Below, piece after piece: positions 63,872 through 64,000 of a DNA stretch of 64,000 nucleotides. Where the stretch lies: the IMG/VR virus record IMGVR_UViG_3300025168_000054, positions 15,959 to 79,958 of that record. One strand, given 5' to 3'. Every line of letters begins with the position of its first letter. Position 1 is the stretch's first letter. Both the position numbers and the translations under genes were made by a program. This DNA comes from a virus. The notes below the pieces were generated by a model. That model saw nothing but the letters and a program-made list of their open reading frames with translations, was not told the DNA's origin and searched no databases.

Positions 63872-64000
63872 TCAGACTCCCGCGGCGGGCTTCACGACAG
63901 CGTCGACCTTAGCCTGTAGGACTTCGTGTCGACCGTAGAGGCCTCCTACCTTCCGCTCCACTCGTTCGGTGGTCTCGAGGATCTTGGACCCTTGGTCGTG
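63872..64000 (-). CDS. Partial ORF entering from beyond the window
   Basis: Open frame of 43 codons ending in TGA just before the amidase ATG. Confidence 0.6.
   Translation of the reverse strand, partial: HDQGSKILETTERVERKVGGLYGRHEVLQAKVDAVVKPAAGV

Larger units (their letters stand above)
1..64000. mobile_element. Tailed bacteriophage genome segment (podovirus-like; no integrase seen)
   Basis: Modular phage gene order (tail, internal virion proteins, replication, small early ORFs, lysis); ATGA/TGATG start-stop overlaps throughout; no host housekeeping genes at either edge. Confidence 0.95.

Overview
The window is a 64-kb slice of one high-GC tailed bacteriophage genome with podovirus-like (P22/T7-type) virion architecture. 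No integrase, terminase large subunit, portal or major capsid gene is visible here. 1-25183 (+) is the tail/ejectosome module: adaptor, nozzle, tail proteins and three internal virion proteins. The last is a 4861-aa giant with a muramidase-like domain and two zincin-like domains, one apparently dead. 25185-42610 (-) is the replication/recombination module: DUF927 helicase, orphan Rad50-like ATPase, Dam-type methyltransferase, UDG-fused family A polymerase with an unusual active site, SSB/Sak4-like/Cas4-like recombination genes, an AdoMetDC (SpeD) homologue, an SF2 helicase and an AEP primase. 43350-56563 (-) holds small early genes interleaved with structured non-coding DNA, including a 134-nt tRNA-like RNA, two copies of an H-type pseudoknot abutting ribosome-binding sites, and a repeated RBS/start cassette. 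About 56600-57400 is a strand switch and probable genome end. 58828-64000 is a late minus-strand block with small virion proteins and lysis genes, interrupted by a lower-GC divergent deoxyhypusine-synthase-like + agmatinase cassette. Best candidates for undescribed biology: (1) a possibly complete phage arginine->agmatine->putrescine->homospermidine pathway; (2) a cluster of novel structured RNAs at 53.1-54.3 kb; (3) a rewired Pol A nucleotide-binding pocket. All family calls are by motif recognition, not database search.
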